Positions 36,852-52,082 are shown, counted from the whole stretch's first letter. The stretch is DNA of 61,439 nucleotides, filler included, from Hausera hauseri (GCA_046269625.1; 10 parts of 10 records of this genome joined end to end with filler, not necessarily neighbours in it), one strand, 5' to 3'. Notes: generated from the sequence alone by a model not told the origin. Numbers and translations: made by a program.

Positions 36852-37350
36852 GAGCAGGATCAACTTTGTGGCTTGCCATTGTCACATTTCGGAAACTCTC
36901 GAAAACATCAGCTAGAAGAAGCACATCAATTATTAGATATAAATCACTGTAATCACCCAGTGTCTTACAGTTGAATGAGCTCCAAACGTTTTGAACATGT
37001 GCATAATCTTCATCGCTAATGTCCGAATCCGAAAATTTGTTGTAAAACATTTCCAGAGGTGGCAAATTGGTTTCATCCAATTTGTTCATGACGTGATGTA
37101 GTCATAGGGACAAACACCCTTTTGTTTAACTAGATGGAATTTGTCATTCTGGAAGTATCTTCTGGTCTCCTTTAGTTCACTTTCTAGCAGATTTCTCACC
37201 AATTAATCCAAGCTACTGCTCATAAATTTTAGACTGTCTATAAAACGCAGCTGTATCGTTTCAAAATGCACAGTGAAAGTAATATACTTTTCTTTACTGT
37301 GTGGGATAACATAAATTTTTCCATTCACATTTCCAAGTTCTCTGATAATG
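36852..37350 (-). pseudogene. Polinton-type PolB fragment
   Basis: VIPHSKEKYITF..LRFIDSLKFMSSSLD, KGVCPYDY, TLGDYSDLYLIIDVLLLADVFESFR. Confidence 0.9.
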
Positions 37351-37799
37351 ACATCAATGGATCCATTGAATTTCACCTGCATTTCCACTGGCGCCACCTT
37401 TTCCTCTCTTTGACCGACTTTCCTACTTTTCCAAAAATATGCCAACCCCATGTTTCCAACATCATTCGAATGCCCATACTCTACTCTACACTTTCTCCTG
37501 TCCATCCCTGCTCAAGTTTTGCTTCTGAAAAAGTTCGTTTTATTCTTTTGCATTTCCCGGCTTTGTCTTTTGCGACACAGGAAATCTGACCACACCACTG
37601 AACTCGCCGTTGTCGAGTTGACCAATCAGCATGCGAGCCGCTTGCGATTGGTCAATAGGTGCGTGGGTTGAGCCTCTTTGGTCTAGAAGGCTCTTCTTTC
37701 CCCTACTGATTCCAAAGTACATGGCAACTTCCAAATGGACTCCTCTACTCCTTAAACAACTAAATAAACATACATATTATTTTTCCCTGGGCTTGCCTC

Positions 37800-40140
37800 G
37801 ACCTTGATTTGCAAATATGGGTATAGGCGTAGTCTATACCCACCATATCAAAGGATGTTAAGGGCTCTCGTAACTTAAACTCTGGAATAGGTGCCATCTT
37901 TACTTGTATTCCTTTTGCACTATGCCGTCTGCATGTTTTGCAGTAGGCGTTATAATTTTTGATCAGTCTCCTTAATCTGGAGATCCAATATCTTTTTGAT
38001 ACTTCAGCTATTTGCTGGTTTATCCCTCCAAAGTGCTTTAATTTCAGGTGGAGTAATTTTCTACGATGGGTTTAGCTAACTGACATCTATTTGATAGGAT
38101 TACCGGATATTTGAACTTCCACACTAAAAATTCACTCGTTACCAATCTGCTGTTACTACGAAGTAAACGATCTTCTGCGACTAACGGGTTAGCTCTTTTA
38201 GTCAGACTTTTCCATTTCAATTCTTTTTCTTTTTCTAGCATTCTTAACTCTGCAGACAACTGGTTATTTTGATCGTCTTTCAACAATTGTATCATGACTC
38301 TTAAATAGTTTTTTAAATAGTCATTCTGATCATCTATCTGAGTACTTCTCAGCTCTGTTACTCTGATATTTACGAGTTGGATCCATCTAGAGACCTCTTG
38401 CTGTGTGTCGTCTGAGCTATTTTGATCAGTCAAAAATCTCGTATGTAATACTAATTTCCTTGTTTCTTTATGAAAATTTTCTTCTGTAATTGTTGATTGT
38501 TGAGGCCAACTTTCTTTTGTTTTTATCAAAAACTCAGGTCCCTGCCACCACAGTTTATTCTAGGCTCGTTGAGTTGTCGTGGAGCGTCTAGTTAAAATGT
38601 CCGCAGGGTAAATTTTAGTCGAAACTTATCGCCATTGACACCCTTTTGACTGTTCCTGTATGTAGCTAATTCTGTTTGCCACAAAAATGTTATATAATTT
38701 CCTATGTTGCCTCATCCAGTGCAGTACGTCCATGCTATCAGTTCAAAAACACAAACTTCTTCTATCACGATCCAATGCAATCGAGATTTTTTGTCTAACC
38801 TTTATTCCTGTAACTACAGTTAACCACTCTAATCGTAGAACTGATACAACTTTTGTGGGTGATATTTTACTCTTTGCCACTATTATGTTACTAGCTCCCT
38901 TGTTTCCTGTAGTGACAAGGTAAGCCACTGCTCCGTACGCATTCTTAGACCCATCACAGAATGTGTATATTGAATTGCGACTGACCTGGTATTAAGACAC
39001 TGTCCCCTCGAATCCGTTCTAAATCTTGCTGTTCTGACACCCATTCTTTTATTCGCTTGATTGGATGGTCTGGAAGTTGCTCATCCCAATTCACACCATA
39101 TATCCACATTTCGTTGATGATTATTTTCTCTTTCATCAAATGACTACTGAAGAAACCCAATGGATCGAATATCCATGCATTTGAGCTCAAAAACTTTTTC
39201 TTCGTGGTTATTTCTTCTAGCTGGAGTTTTTATCGAAGAAAAACACATCACTGTTTGCATTTTACCTCATGATTAGAGTCTTTGTCTTCGTTTCCTACAA
39301 TTCGATAGCATCTGGATTTTTCATTTTCCGGTATTATTTCCCATAATTTATTGAGTTCGATACCCACTTTCTCGTTGAAATACTGGCTTGATCCCATAAC
39401 CATTTTAAATCATGGTACATCTTCACTGCTTCATCTTCTGTCCTAACAGACACCAAACTGTCATCCATGTAAGTAGCGTTTTGAACAACCCATTCCGCTT
39501 CAGGTACACGTTCCATATATCTCTCGGCATTTACGCGATTTACTAGCTGTACTAAGTATGGCGAAGCATTCAAGCCGAACACTAATGTCTGAAACTCATA
39601 CATTTTTCAACATTTCCTTCCCTCCACAGGAAACATAAATACTTTTAACCTTCTTTTGCAATTTCAATCTGGAGGAACATTTTTGTGATGTCGCATACCA
39701 TGAAAATCTCATATTTTCGGAATTTCATTAATATGTTCACAAAATCTAGTTGTAACTTTGGGCCTTGGTGGATCATATAACTTAAACTGAGACCAGTTGC
39801 GGATCGAGGGCTGGGCAACCGGGACATCTGCCCAAGACACAGAAAGCAGTGGGGCCCGGAAAATTTGTTTAACTCATCATTACACAATTAATAAGACGCT
39901 GGAAATGTCGTTCAAATATGTATTGATCTATAAACAATTAATACTGCTGGTTGCGGTTTGTAGTAATCTTGCAAGAATAAAGTAGTAATCAGGAGGAGCA
40001 CGGGATGCTACCTCTGCCCAGGGCACCGATTTCTCTGGATCCGCCTCTGACTGAGACACCTGCTTTTATAGACTGCGTAGAACACGATTCTAATCTTTGT
40101 CGTCTTTACGTCTCTCCTTACTATGCCAACGTGACGATTT
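37800..40140 (-). pseudogene. BEL/Pao LTR retrotransposon pol (RT, RNase H, integrase N-terminus), degraded
   Basis: GPKLQ..CDITKMFLQI, FGLNASPY, YMDD, FDPLGF, FCDGSKNAYGAVAYL, AKSK..VLRLE, WWQGPEFL, integrase CxxC near 37930. Confidence 0.9.
39794..40049. mobile_element. hAT-type MITE inserted in the BEL/Pao pol
   Basis: Perfect 8-bp TSD ACTGAGAC at 39786-39793 and 40050-40057. Imperfect TIRs CAGTTGCGGATCGAG / CTGGATCCGCCTCTG. Confidence 0.88.
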
Positions 40141-40574
40141 TAATGGCGAACAAAGCTAGATTTGCTTTCGCTCAATTTTAAAATAAAAGTAAAACTTTAA
40201 CACGTAATCGGCAGTAGTGAACCATTGTTCGTTAAATTTTGCAACAACCTTCAAACATAGAATTAATTTTTGTACCCCTCTCAGTAATTATGAGGATTAA
40301 TTCACTGGTCTTCATAATTAATTAATAATTCATTAAATCACTTACTCAGAGGGAAACAAAATGTCATCAGACAAAACGAATGGAACAAATGAAATGAAAA
40401 TTCTGAAATGTTCAAAATGACAAAAAAATCTAAATGCTATTTTGATTATTAATTCTTTTTGAATAATATTCGCAATAAATAAATAATAATCATTAGTAAT
40501 TGATTTGGAACTTAATGATAAAATTATGGACGGGTTAGAACAAATCGTGAAAAACAGAAATATACTAAAAATTA

Positions 40575-41480
40575 TACAGAGGTGGCCAAATTATTACAAT
40601 CAAGGCATAAAATAGCAATTATTGCAGATAGTTAGTAACTGATCACTAATAATTTAGTTACCATGCAAATTTTATTTTGTTTTGATTTCTAGCAAATGTT
40701 AATTAAATATTTAATGGAGATAAAATATTAGTATCTCACAGTTTTATTTTCTTTCTTGCTGAATAATGAGCAAATCTCATGATTTATCGGAATCTGAAGT
40801 CTCTAAAATTCACGTTTTGCTTTAACACACCAACAAAACACTCAAATTGCATTAATTGTTAATGTATCACAGTATTCAGTGTGTAAAGTCAAGAAAAGCT
40901 CGGATGAAAGGCTTTGCGTCAAAAGCGGAAGAAATGGAGCTTGTGGTAGAAAAAGGTTGTCAAATCCTCTTGATGATCGGATATTAAGAATGGCAGTGAT
41001 GAACAATAAAAGGCTAACGTCTACACAGCTTCAAAACAAATGGGCTGAACGTGGTTTTGTAGCCAACAAACGCACAATTCGTTGAATACTGTGTGAATTT
41101 GACATATTTGCTCGTAGACCAAGAAAGCAAACGAAATTAACAGCTGGAAAGATGAGAAAACAATATCAGTGGGCAAGAAATCTTTCCCACTGAAATTCTG
41201 ATAATTGGTCTAAAGCTCTCTTCACGGATGACTGTTATATTGGAGTAAACGATGAGCGAAGCCATTATGTAAGAAGGTTTCCAACAGAGGAGTAAAGCAA
41301 AAACTGTTACGTCTTTTTTTCAGCACAGTGGAATTCGTGTACTAGACTGGCCTAAAAACAGTCCAGACATGAACTCCATTGCAAAATTATGGCGCATTCT
41401 GAAGAATAAAGTCCACCAGAACAAAATTAATATCAAGCAGTTATTTGTTGAATCTATCATTCATTCGTGACATCGCGTTA
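40575..41480 (+). pseudogene. Tc1/mariner transposon, degraded and internally deleted
   Basis: TA|CAGAGGTGGCCAAA left end, ATG at 40766, CGRKR HTH region, WSKALFTDD, LDWPKNSPDMNSI..LW. Confidence 0.88.
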
Positions 41481-41593
41481 AAACAATTTCTCAGAAACGC
41501 ATGTCCATGATCCAATAGATGTTGATACGACATGGCCTAAGAACTGCACACGTTGCACGGCGGATCTGCATTTTTCCGCTTTAATTTAAACCC

Positions 41594-42045
41594 CTAAATT
41601 TCAAATAAATTTAATACACTTCTAGACCATTTAGATGGTTTGAAAAATCTTGTGAAAATATAGTTGTGTCGTCGATATATACCAGTGTGAGCACAATTCA
41701 TCATCATAGCTTCTGCGGCTTCTTGATATGTGGAACTACCATTACAGAGACCAAATGGTACTACATTAAATTCATATTGTCTCTTTCTAGTAGAAAAAGC
41801 TATTTTATATTTATCTTCCTCGTAAATTGGCATTTTCCAGTAATCAGTTTGTATATCCATAGTTATAAAATATTTCGAGTCAGTTAGTCGATCAAAAATG
41901 TCATCTTGTGTTGGTGAAGGATACTAATTTTTGACTGTCTGTTTATTTAACTTCTGAAAATTAACACAAATTCTAGATCCTCCATCTTTCTTCGCCACAA
42001 CAACTATTGGTGATAACCAAGCTAAGTTACTTTTTCGAATAACAC
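41594..42045 (-). pseudogene. Ty3/gypsy RT fragment
   Basis: WLSPIVVVAKKDGGSRICVNFQKLNK, EEDKYKIAFST..YEFNVVPFGLCNG, IYIDD with frameshift. Confidence 0.88.
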
Positions 42046-42145
42046 NNNNNNNNNNNNNNNNNNNNNNNNNNNNNNNNNNNNNNNNNNNNTTAATTAATTA
42101 ANNNNNNNNNNNNNNNNNNNNNNNNNNNNNNNNNNNNNNNNNNNN

Positions 42146-45100
42146 TGATGTCAAGTGATCTGTCAGTTTATATTATATGGTAGGTCACGTGATATGAAGT
42201 TATTTCTCACGTTTTATCATATGATTGTTCACGTAATGTCATGTGATTAGAGTTGTGAAATGACATTACTGCTCACGTGATGTAGTGTGATGGGTCACGT
42301 GATATCAAGTGATTTGTCACGTTATATTCTGTGATTGGTCACCTGATGTCATGTGATTAGAGTTGTGAAATTGCATTACTGGTCACATGATGTAGTGTGA
42401 TTGGTCACGTGATGTCAAGTGATTTGTCACGTTATGTCATATAATTGGTCATGTCATGGGAAGTGATTTTTCGCGTTATATAATATGATTGGTCCTTGAT
42501 ATCAATGATTTTTCGCGTTATATAATATGACTACTCACCTGATGTCAAGTGACTTGTCACGTTATGTCATATGATTGGTCACTTGATGTAAATGGTATTC
42601 CACGCTATGTCATATGAGTAATCAGGTGATGACACATAATTAGATTTGTGAAATTAAATTACTGGTCACGTGATGTATTGTGATTGGTCACGTGATGTAA
42701 ATTGATTTTTCACGTTCTGTCGTATGATTGATCACGTGAGATCATGTGATTAGAGTTGTGAAATTACATTACTGATCACGTGATATAGTTTGATTGGTCA
42801 CGAGATGTCAAGTGATTTTTCACGTTATGTCTTATGATTGGACACTTGATATCAATGATTTTCCACGCTATGTCGTATGAGTGGTCAGGCGGTGACACGT
42901 GATTAGATTTGTGAAATTACATTACTGGTCACGTGATGTATTGTGATTGGTCACGTGATTTCAAGTGATTTGTCACGTTCTGTCGAATGATTGATTACGT
43001 GATATCATGTGATTAGAGTTGTGAAATTACATTGCTGGTCACGCGATATAGTGTGATTGGTCACGTGATGTCAAGTGATTTGTCACTTTATGTGATATAT
43101 TTGCTCACGTGATGTCAAGTGATTTGACACGTTATGTCATATGGTTGGTCACTTGATGTCAATGATTTTACACGTTATATTATATATTTGCTCACGTGAT
43201 GTCAAATGATTTGTCACGTTATTTCATATGATTGGTCACTTGATGTCAATGATTTTCCACGCTACGTCATATTAGTGGTCAGGAGATGTCACGAGATTAG
43301 ATTTGTGAAATTATATTACTTGTCACCTGATGTAATGTGATTATAGTTGTAAAATTACATTACTGCTCACTTGATGTAGTGTAATTGGTCAAGTGATATC
43401 AAGTGATTTGTTACCTTATATAATCTGATTGGTCCCGTGATATCAAACGATTTTTCTCGTTCTCTCGTATGATTGATCATGTGAGATCATGTGATTAGAG
43501 TTGTGAAATTACATTACTGGTCACGTGATGTAGTTTGATTGGTCACGTGATGTCAAGGGATTTTTTACGTTATGTCTTATGATTGGACACTTGATATCAA
43601 TGATTTTCCACGCCATGTCATATCAGTGGTCATGTGATGATACGTGATTAGAGATGTGAAATTACATTACTGGTCACATCATGTAATGTGATTGGTCACG
43701 TGATTTCAAGTGATTTGTCACGTTCTGTCGAATAATTGATTACGTTATATCATGTGATTAGAGTTGTGAAATTACATTACTGGTCACGTGATGTAGTGAG
43801 ATTGGTCACGTGATGTCAAGTGATTTGTCACGTTATTTCATATGATTGGTCACTTGATGTCAATGATTTGCCACGCTATGTCATATTAGTGGTCAGGTAA
43901 TGCCACGTGATTGGAGGTGTGAAATTACATTACTGGTCACGCGATGTATTGTGATTGGTCACGTGATGTCAAGTGATTTGTCACGTCATGGCATATGATT
44001 GGTCACTAGATATCAATGATTTTTCACCTTATATCATATGATTGGTCACCTGATGTCATGTGATTAGAGTTGTGAAATTACTTTACTGGTCACGTGATGT
44101 AGAGTGATTAGTCACGTAATCTCAAGTGATTTTTCACTTGATCTCAAGTGATTTGTCACGTTCTGTCGTACGATTTATCACGTGATATCATGTGATTAGA
44201 TTTGTGAAATTAAATTACTGGTCACGTGATGTAGCGCGATTTGTCACGTGATGTCAAGTGATTTGTCACGTCGTGTCATATGATTGGTCACTAGATATCA
44301 CTGATTTTTCACCTCATATCATATGATTGATCAGCTGATGTCATGTGATTAGTGTTGTAAACTTACATTACTGGTCACGTGATGTAGTGTGATTCATCAC
44401 GTGATCTGAAGTGATGTGTCACGTTATGTCATACATTTGCTCACGTGATGTCAAGGGATTTGTCACGTTATGTCATATGATTGGTCCCTTCATGTCAACG
44501 ATTTTCCACGCTATGTCATATTATTGGTCTAGAGATGTCACGTGATTGGAGTTGTGAAATTATATTACTGGTCACGTGATGTAGTGTGATTGGTCACGTG
44601 ATCTCAAGTGATTTGTCACGTTATGTTCTATGATTGGTCCCTTGATGTCACTGCTTTACACGCAATGTCATACTAGTGGTCAGGAGATATCACGTGACTG
44701 GAGTTGTGAAATTATATTACTGGTCACGCGATATAGTATGATTGGTCTCGTGATGTCAAGTGATTTGTCACGTTATATTGTATATTTGCTCACGTGATAT
44801 CAAGTGATTTGTCACGTTATTTGATATGATTGGTCATTTGATGTCAATGATTTTCCACGCTATGTCATATTAGTGTTCACGTAATGCCACGTGATTGGTG
44901 GTGTGAAATTACATTACTGGTCACGCGATGTAGTGTGATTGGTCACGTGATATCAAGTGATTTGTTACGTCATGTCATATGATTGGTCACTAGATATCAC
45001 TGATTTTTCACCTTATATCATATGATTGGTCAGCTGATATCATGTGATTAAAGTTGTGAAATTACATTACTGGTCACGTGATGTAGTGTGATTGGTCGAG

Positions 45101-48100
45101 TGATCTCAAGTGATTTGTCACGTTATGTCATATGATTGGTCACTTGATGTCAATGTTTTCCACGCCATATCATATTAGTGGTCAGGAGATGCAACGTGAT
45201 TGGAGTTGTGAAATGATATTACTAAACGCGTGACTTAGTGTGATTGGTCACGTGATAGCAAGAGATTTGTAACCTTATATCATATAATTGGTCACGTGAT
45301 ATTAAGTGATTTGTCGCGTTCTGTCGTATGATTGATCACATCATATCATGTGATTAGAGTGGTGAAATTACCCAACTGGTGTCGAGATGTAGTGTGATTG
45401 GTCACGTGATATCAATTGATTTGTCACATTATGTAATATGATTGGTCACTTGATATCAATGATTTTGCACCTTATATCATATGATTGGTCACTCGATGTC
45501 ATGTGATTAGAGTTGTTAAATTACATTACTGGTCACGTGATGTAGTGTGATTGGTCACGTGATGTCAAGTGATTTGTCACTTTATGTTGTATGATTGGTC
45601 ATGTGATGTCAAGAGATTTGTAGCGTTATGTCATATATTTGCTCATGTGATACCAAGTGATTCGTCACGTTCTGATATATATTTGCTCACGTGATGTCCA
45701 GTGATTTGTCAAGTTATGTCATGTGATTGGTCACGTGACATCAAGTTATTTTTCACGTTTTTTCATATGATTGATCATGTGATGTCAAGTGATTTGTCAC
45801 GTTATATCATATATTTGCTCACGTGATATCAAGTGATTTGTCACGTTGTGTCATATGATTGGTCACATGATATCAGTGATTTTTCACTTTATGTCATATA
45901 ATTGGTCACTTGATATCAAGAGACTTGTCATGTTATGTCATATGACTGGTGGTTTTATGTAAGTGATTTTCCACGCTGTCATATTAGTGGTCATGTGATG
46001 AAACATGTTTGGATTTGTGAAATTTCATTACCGGTCACGCGATGTAGTGTGATTGGTCACTTGATATCAAGTGATTTGTCACGTTATGCCGCATTATTGC
46101 TCACGTGATATCAAGTGATTTTTCACTTTATATCATATGATTGGTCACCTGATATCATGTGAGGAGTTTTGGGAAATTACATTACTGCTCACGTGACGTA
46201 GTGTTATTGGTCACGCGACGTCAAGTGATTTGTCACGTTCTGTCGCATGATTGATCACGAGAAATCATGTGATTTGAGTTGTGAAATTACATTACTGGTC
46301 ACGTGATGTAGTGTGATTGGTCACGTGATGTCAAGAGATTTGTCGCGTTATGTCATATATTTCCTCATGTGATATCAAGTGATTTGTCACGTTCTGTCAG
46401 ATATTTGCTCACGTGATATCAAGTGATTTGTCACGTTATGTCATATGATTGGTCACGTTATATCAAGAGATTTTTCGCGTTATGTCATATGATTGATCAT
46501 GTGATATCAAGTGATTTGTCACGTTATGTCATATATTTGCTCACGTGATATCAAGTGATTTGTCACGTTATGTCATATGATTGGTCACGTTATATCAAGA
46601 GATTTTTCACGTTATGTCATATGATTGGTCATGTCATGTCAAGTGATTTGTCGCTTCGTCATATATTTGCGCACGTTATATCAAGTGATTTGTCACGTTG
46701 TGTCATATGATTGGTCACATGATATCAATGATTTTTCACGATATATCATATGATTGGTCACCTGATATCAAGTGACTTGTCACGTTATGTCATATGACTG
46801 GTCATTTGATGTCAATGATTTTCTACGCTATGTTATATTAGTGGTCAGTTGATGAAACGTGTTTGGAGTTGTGAAATTACATTACCGGTCACGCGATGTA
46901 GTGTGATTGGTCACGTGATATCAAGTTATTTGTCACGTTATACCATATGATTGGTCACCTAAAATCATGTGATTCGAGTTGTGAAATAACAATTCTTGTC
47001 GGGTGATGTAGTGTGATTGGTCACGTAATATCAAGTGATATGTAACCTTATATCATATGAGTGGTCACGTGTTATCAAGTGATTTGTCACGTTCTGTCGT
47101 ATGATTGATCATATCATATCATGTGATTAGAGTTGTGAAATTACATTACTGGTCACGTGATGTAGTGTGATTGGTCACGTGATTTCAAATGATTTGTCAC
47201 GTTATGTCATATGTTTGTTCACGTGATGTCAAGTGATTTGCCTCTTTATGTCATATGGTTGGTCACGTGATATCAAGTGATTTTCCACGTTATATCATAT
47301 GATTGGTTACATAATGTCATGTGATTAGAGTTGCGAAATTACATTACTGGTCACGTGATGTAGTGTGATTCGTCACGTGATCTAATGTGATTTGTCACGT
47401 TATGTCGTATGATTGGTCATGTGATGTCAAGTGATTTGTCGCGTTATGTCATATATTTGCTCATGTGATATCAAGTGATTTGTCACGTTATGTCATATGA
47501 TTGGTCACGTGATATCATGTGATGAGCTACGTTGTGTTATGTGGTTTGTCACATGATATCAAGTGATTTTTCAATTTATATCATAATATTGGTCACCTTT
47601 TGTCATGAGATTAGAGATGTGAAATTACATTACTGATCACGTGATGTAGTGTGATTGGACACCTGATCTCAAGTGATTTGAAACGTTCTGTCGTTTGACT
47701 GGTCAGGTGATATCTTGTGATTAGTGTTGTGAAATTACATTACTAGTCACGTGATGTAGTGTGATTGGTCACGTGAGGTCAAATGATTTGTAGCGTTATG
47801 TCATATATTTGCTCACGTGATATCAAGTGATTTGTCACGTTATTTCGTGTGATTGTTCACTTGATATCAATGATTTTTCACCTTATATCATATGATTGGT
47901 CAGCTGATGTCATGTGATTAAAGTTGTGAAATTCCATTACTTGTCACGTGATGTAGAGCGATTTGTCACGTGATGTCAAGTGATTTGTCGCGTCATGTCA
48001 TATGATTGGTCACTAGATATCGCTGATTTTTCACCTCATATCATATGATTGGTCAGCTGATGTCATGTGATTAGAGTTGTAAACTTACATTACTGGTCAC

Positions 48101-51100
48101 GTGATGTAGTGTGATTGGTCACGTGATCTCAAGTGATTTTTGACGTTATGTCATATATTTGCTCACATGAAGTCAAGTGATTTGTCACATTATGTCATAT
48201 GATTGGTCACTTGATATCAATGATTTTCCAGGCTATATCATACTAGTTGTCAGGAGATGCCACGTGATTGGAGTTGTGAAATTATATTACTGGTCACGCA
48301 ATGTAGTGTGATTGGTCACGTGATGTCAAGTGATTTGTCACGTTATGTCATATATTTGCTCACGCGATGTCAAGTGATTTGTCACGTTATGTCATATGAT
48401 TGGTCACTTGATGTCAATGATTTTCCACGCTATGTCATATTATTGGTCTAGAGATGTCACGTGATTGGAGTTGTGTAATTATATTACTGGTCACGTGACG
48501 TAGTGTGATTGGTCATGTGATCTCAAGTGATTTGTCACGTTATGTCATATATTTGATCACGTGATGTCAAGTGATTTGTCACGTTATGTCATATGATTGG
48601 TCCCTTGATGTCAATGCTTTACACGCAATGTGATACTAGTGGTCAGGAGATATCACGTGATTGGAGTTGTGAAATTATATTACTGGTCACGCTATATAGT
48701 GTGATTGGTCACGTGATATCAAGTTATTTGTCACGTTATGTCATATGACTGGTCATTTGATGTTAATGATTTTCTACGCTATGTTATATTAGTGGTCAGT
48801 TGATGAAACGTGTTTGGAGTTGTGAAATTACATTACCGGTCACGCGATGTAGTGTGATTGGTCACGTGATATCAAGTTATTTGTCACGTTATACCATATG
48901 ATTGGTCACCTAAAATCATGTGATTCGAGTTGTGAAATAACAATTCTTGTCGGGTGATGTAGTGTGATTGGTCACGTAATATCAAGTGATATGTAACCTT
49001 ATATCATATGAGTGGTCACGTGTTATCAAGTGATTTGTCACGTTCTGTCGTATGATTGATCATATCATATCATGTGATTAGAGTTGTGAAATTACATTAC
49101 TGGTCACGTGATGTAGTGTGATTGGTCACGTGATTTCAAATGATTTGTCACGTTATGTCATATGTTTGTTCACGTGATGTCAAGTGATTTGCCTCTTTAT
49201 GTCATATGGTTGGTCACGTGATATCAAGTGATTTTCCACGTTATATCATATGATTGGTTACATAATGTCATGTGATTAGAGTTGCGAAATTACATTACTG
49301 GTCACGTGATGTAGTGTGATTCGTCACGTGATCTAATGTGATTTGTCACGTTATGTCGTATGATTGGTCATGTGATGTCAAGTGATTTGTCGCGTTATGT
49401 CATATATTTGCTCATGTGATATCAAGTGATTTGTCACGTTATGTCATATGATTGGTCACGTGATATCATGTGATGAGCTACGTTGTGTTATGTGGTTTGT
49501 CACATGATATCAAGTGATTTTTCAATTTATATCATAATATTGGTCACCTTTTGTCATGAGATTAGAGATGTGAAATTACATTACTGATCACGTGATGTAG
49601 TGTGATTGGACACCTGATCTCAAGTGATTTGAAACGTTCTGTCGTTTGACTGGTCAGGTGATATCTTGTGATTAGTGTTGTGAAATTACATTACTAGTCA
49701 CGTGATGTAGTGTGATTGGTCACGTGAGGTCAAATGATTTGTAGCGTTATGTCATATATTTGCTCACGTGATATCAAGTGATTTGTCACGTTATTTCGTG
49801 TGATTGTTCACTTGATATCAATGATTTTTCACGTTATATCATATGATTGGTCACCTGATATCAAGAGACTTGCCACGTTATATCATATATTTGCTCAAGT
49901 GATGTCAAGTGATTTGTCACGTTACGCCATATTATTGGTCAAGTGATATCAAGTGACTTTTCACGTTATACCATATGATTGGTCACCTGATATAATGTGA
50001 TTAGAGTTGTGAAATTACATTCCAGGTCATGTGATGCAGTGTGATTGTTCACGTGATGTCAATTTACTTGTTACGTTATGTCATATGTTTCTTCACGTCA
50101 TGTAAAGTGATTTGTTACATTACGTTATATGATTGGTCATCTGATATCATGTGATTAGAGTTGTGAATTTACATTACTGGTCACGAGATACAGTGTGATT
50201 GGTCACGTGATATCAAGTAATTTTTCACGCTATATCATGTGATTGGTTCCTTGATGTCATGTAATCAGAGTTGTGAAATTCGATTACTCGTCACATGATG
50301 TAGTGTGATTGATCACGTTATCTCAAATGATTTGTCACGTTCTGTCGTATGATTGATCAGGACATATCATGTGGTTAGAGTTGTGAAATTACATTCCTGG
50401 TCACGTGATAAAGTGTGATTGGACACGTGATATCAAGTGATTTGTCACGTTATGTAATATTATTGGTCACTTGATATCAAGTGATTTTTCACGTTATATC
50501 ATATGATTGGTCACCTGATGTCAAGTGATTAGAATTGTGAAATTACATTACCGGTCAAGTGACGTAGTATGATTGGTCACGTGATGTCAAGTGATTTGTC
50601 ACGTTATGCAATATTATTGGTCACTTGATATCAAGTGATTTTTCACGTTATATCATATGATTAATCACCTGATGTCAAGTGATTAGAATTGTGAAAGTAC
50701 ATTACCGGTCACTTGACGTAGTGTGATTGGTCACGTGATATGAAGTGATTTGTCACGTTATGTCATATATTTGCTCACGTGATGCCAAGTCATTTGTCAC
50801 ATTATATCATATGATTGGCCACTTGGTATCTATGATTTTTCACGTTATATCATATGATTGGTCACCTGATGTCTTGAGATTAGAGTTGTGAAATTACATG
50901 GCTGGTCACATAATGTAGTGTGATTGGTCACGTGATGTCAAGTGATTTGTCACGTTGTGTCATGTGATTGGTCACGTGATATCAAGTGATTTTTCACGTT
51001 ATGCCATATTATTCGTCACGTGATATCACGTGATTTTTCACGTTGTAACATATGATTGGTCACCTTATGTCAAGTGATTTGTCACGTTGTGTCATGTGAT

Positions 51101-52082
51101 TGGTCACGTGATCTCAAGAGATTTCTGACGTCACGTCATACATTTGGTCATGTATTATTAAGTGTTTTGTCACGTTATGCCATATTGTTGGTCTCGTGAT
51201 ATAGAGTGATTTTTCACTTTATGTCATATGATTGATTACCTGATGTCATGAGATTAGAGTTGTGAAATTACATTACTGGTCACGTGATGTAGTGTGATTG
51301 GTCACGTGATGTCAAGTGATTTCTCACGTTGTGTCATGTGGTTGGTCACCTGATATCAAGTGATTTTTCACGTTATATCATATGATTGGTAACCTGATGT
51401 AATATCATTAGAGTTGTGAAATTACATTACTGGTTCCGTAATGCAGTGTAATTGGTCACGTGATATCAAGTGATTTATCACGTTATATCATGTGATTGGT
51501 CACCTGATGTCATGAGATTAGAGATGTGAAATTACATGACTGATCACGTGATGTAGTGTGATTGGTCACGTGATCTCAAGTGATTTGTGTCGTTATGTCA
51601 TATATTTGCTCACGTGATATCAAGTGATTTGCAATATTATATCGTATGATTGGTCACTTGATATCAATGATTTTTCACGTTATATCATATGATTGGTCAC
51701 CTGATGTCATGAGATTAGAGTTGTGAAATTACATTACTGGTCACGTGATGCAGTGTGATTGGTCACGTTATCTCAAGTGATTTTTCACGTCATATCATAT
51801 GACTGGTCACTTGATGTAATGAGATTAGTGTTGTGAAATTACATTACTGGTCCCGTGATATAGCTTGATTGTTCACGTGATGTCATGTGATTTGTGACAT
51901 TGTGTCATGTGGTTGGTCACGTGATATCAAGTTATTATTCTCGTTATATCATATGATTGGTCACCTGATATCAATGAGTTTACACGCTATGTCATATTAG
52001 TAATCATGAGATGACACTTCTGGAGTTGTGAAATTACATTACCGGTCACTCGATGTAGTGCAATTGGTCACGTGATGTCAAG
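42146..52082. repeat. Satellite of ~22-bp monomer variants with higher-order structure
   Basis: Alternating TGATTGGTCACGTGATGTCAAG, TGATTTGTCACGTTATGTCATA, TGATTAGAGTTGTGAAATTACA and TTACTGGTCACGTGATGTAGTG. Only one short ORF in 10 kb. Confidence 0.98.

Noticed and set aside
42146-52082. CRISPR-like array
   Set aside because: No unique spacers and no cas genes; continuous tandem monomers in a eukaryotic context.
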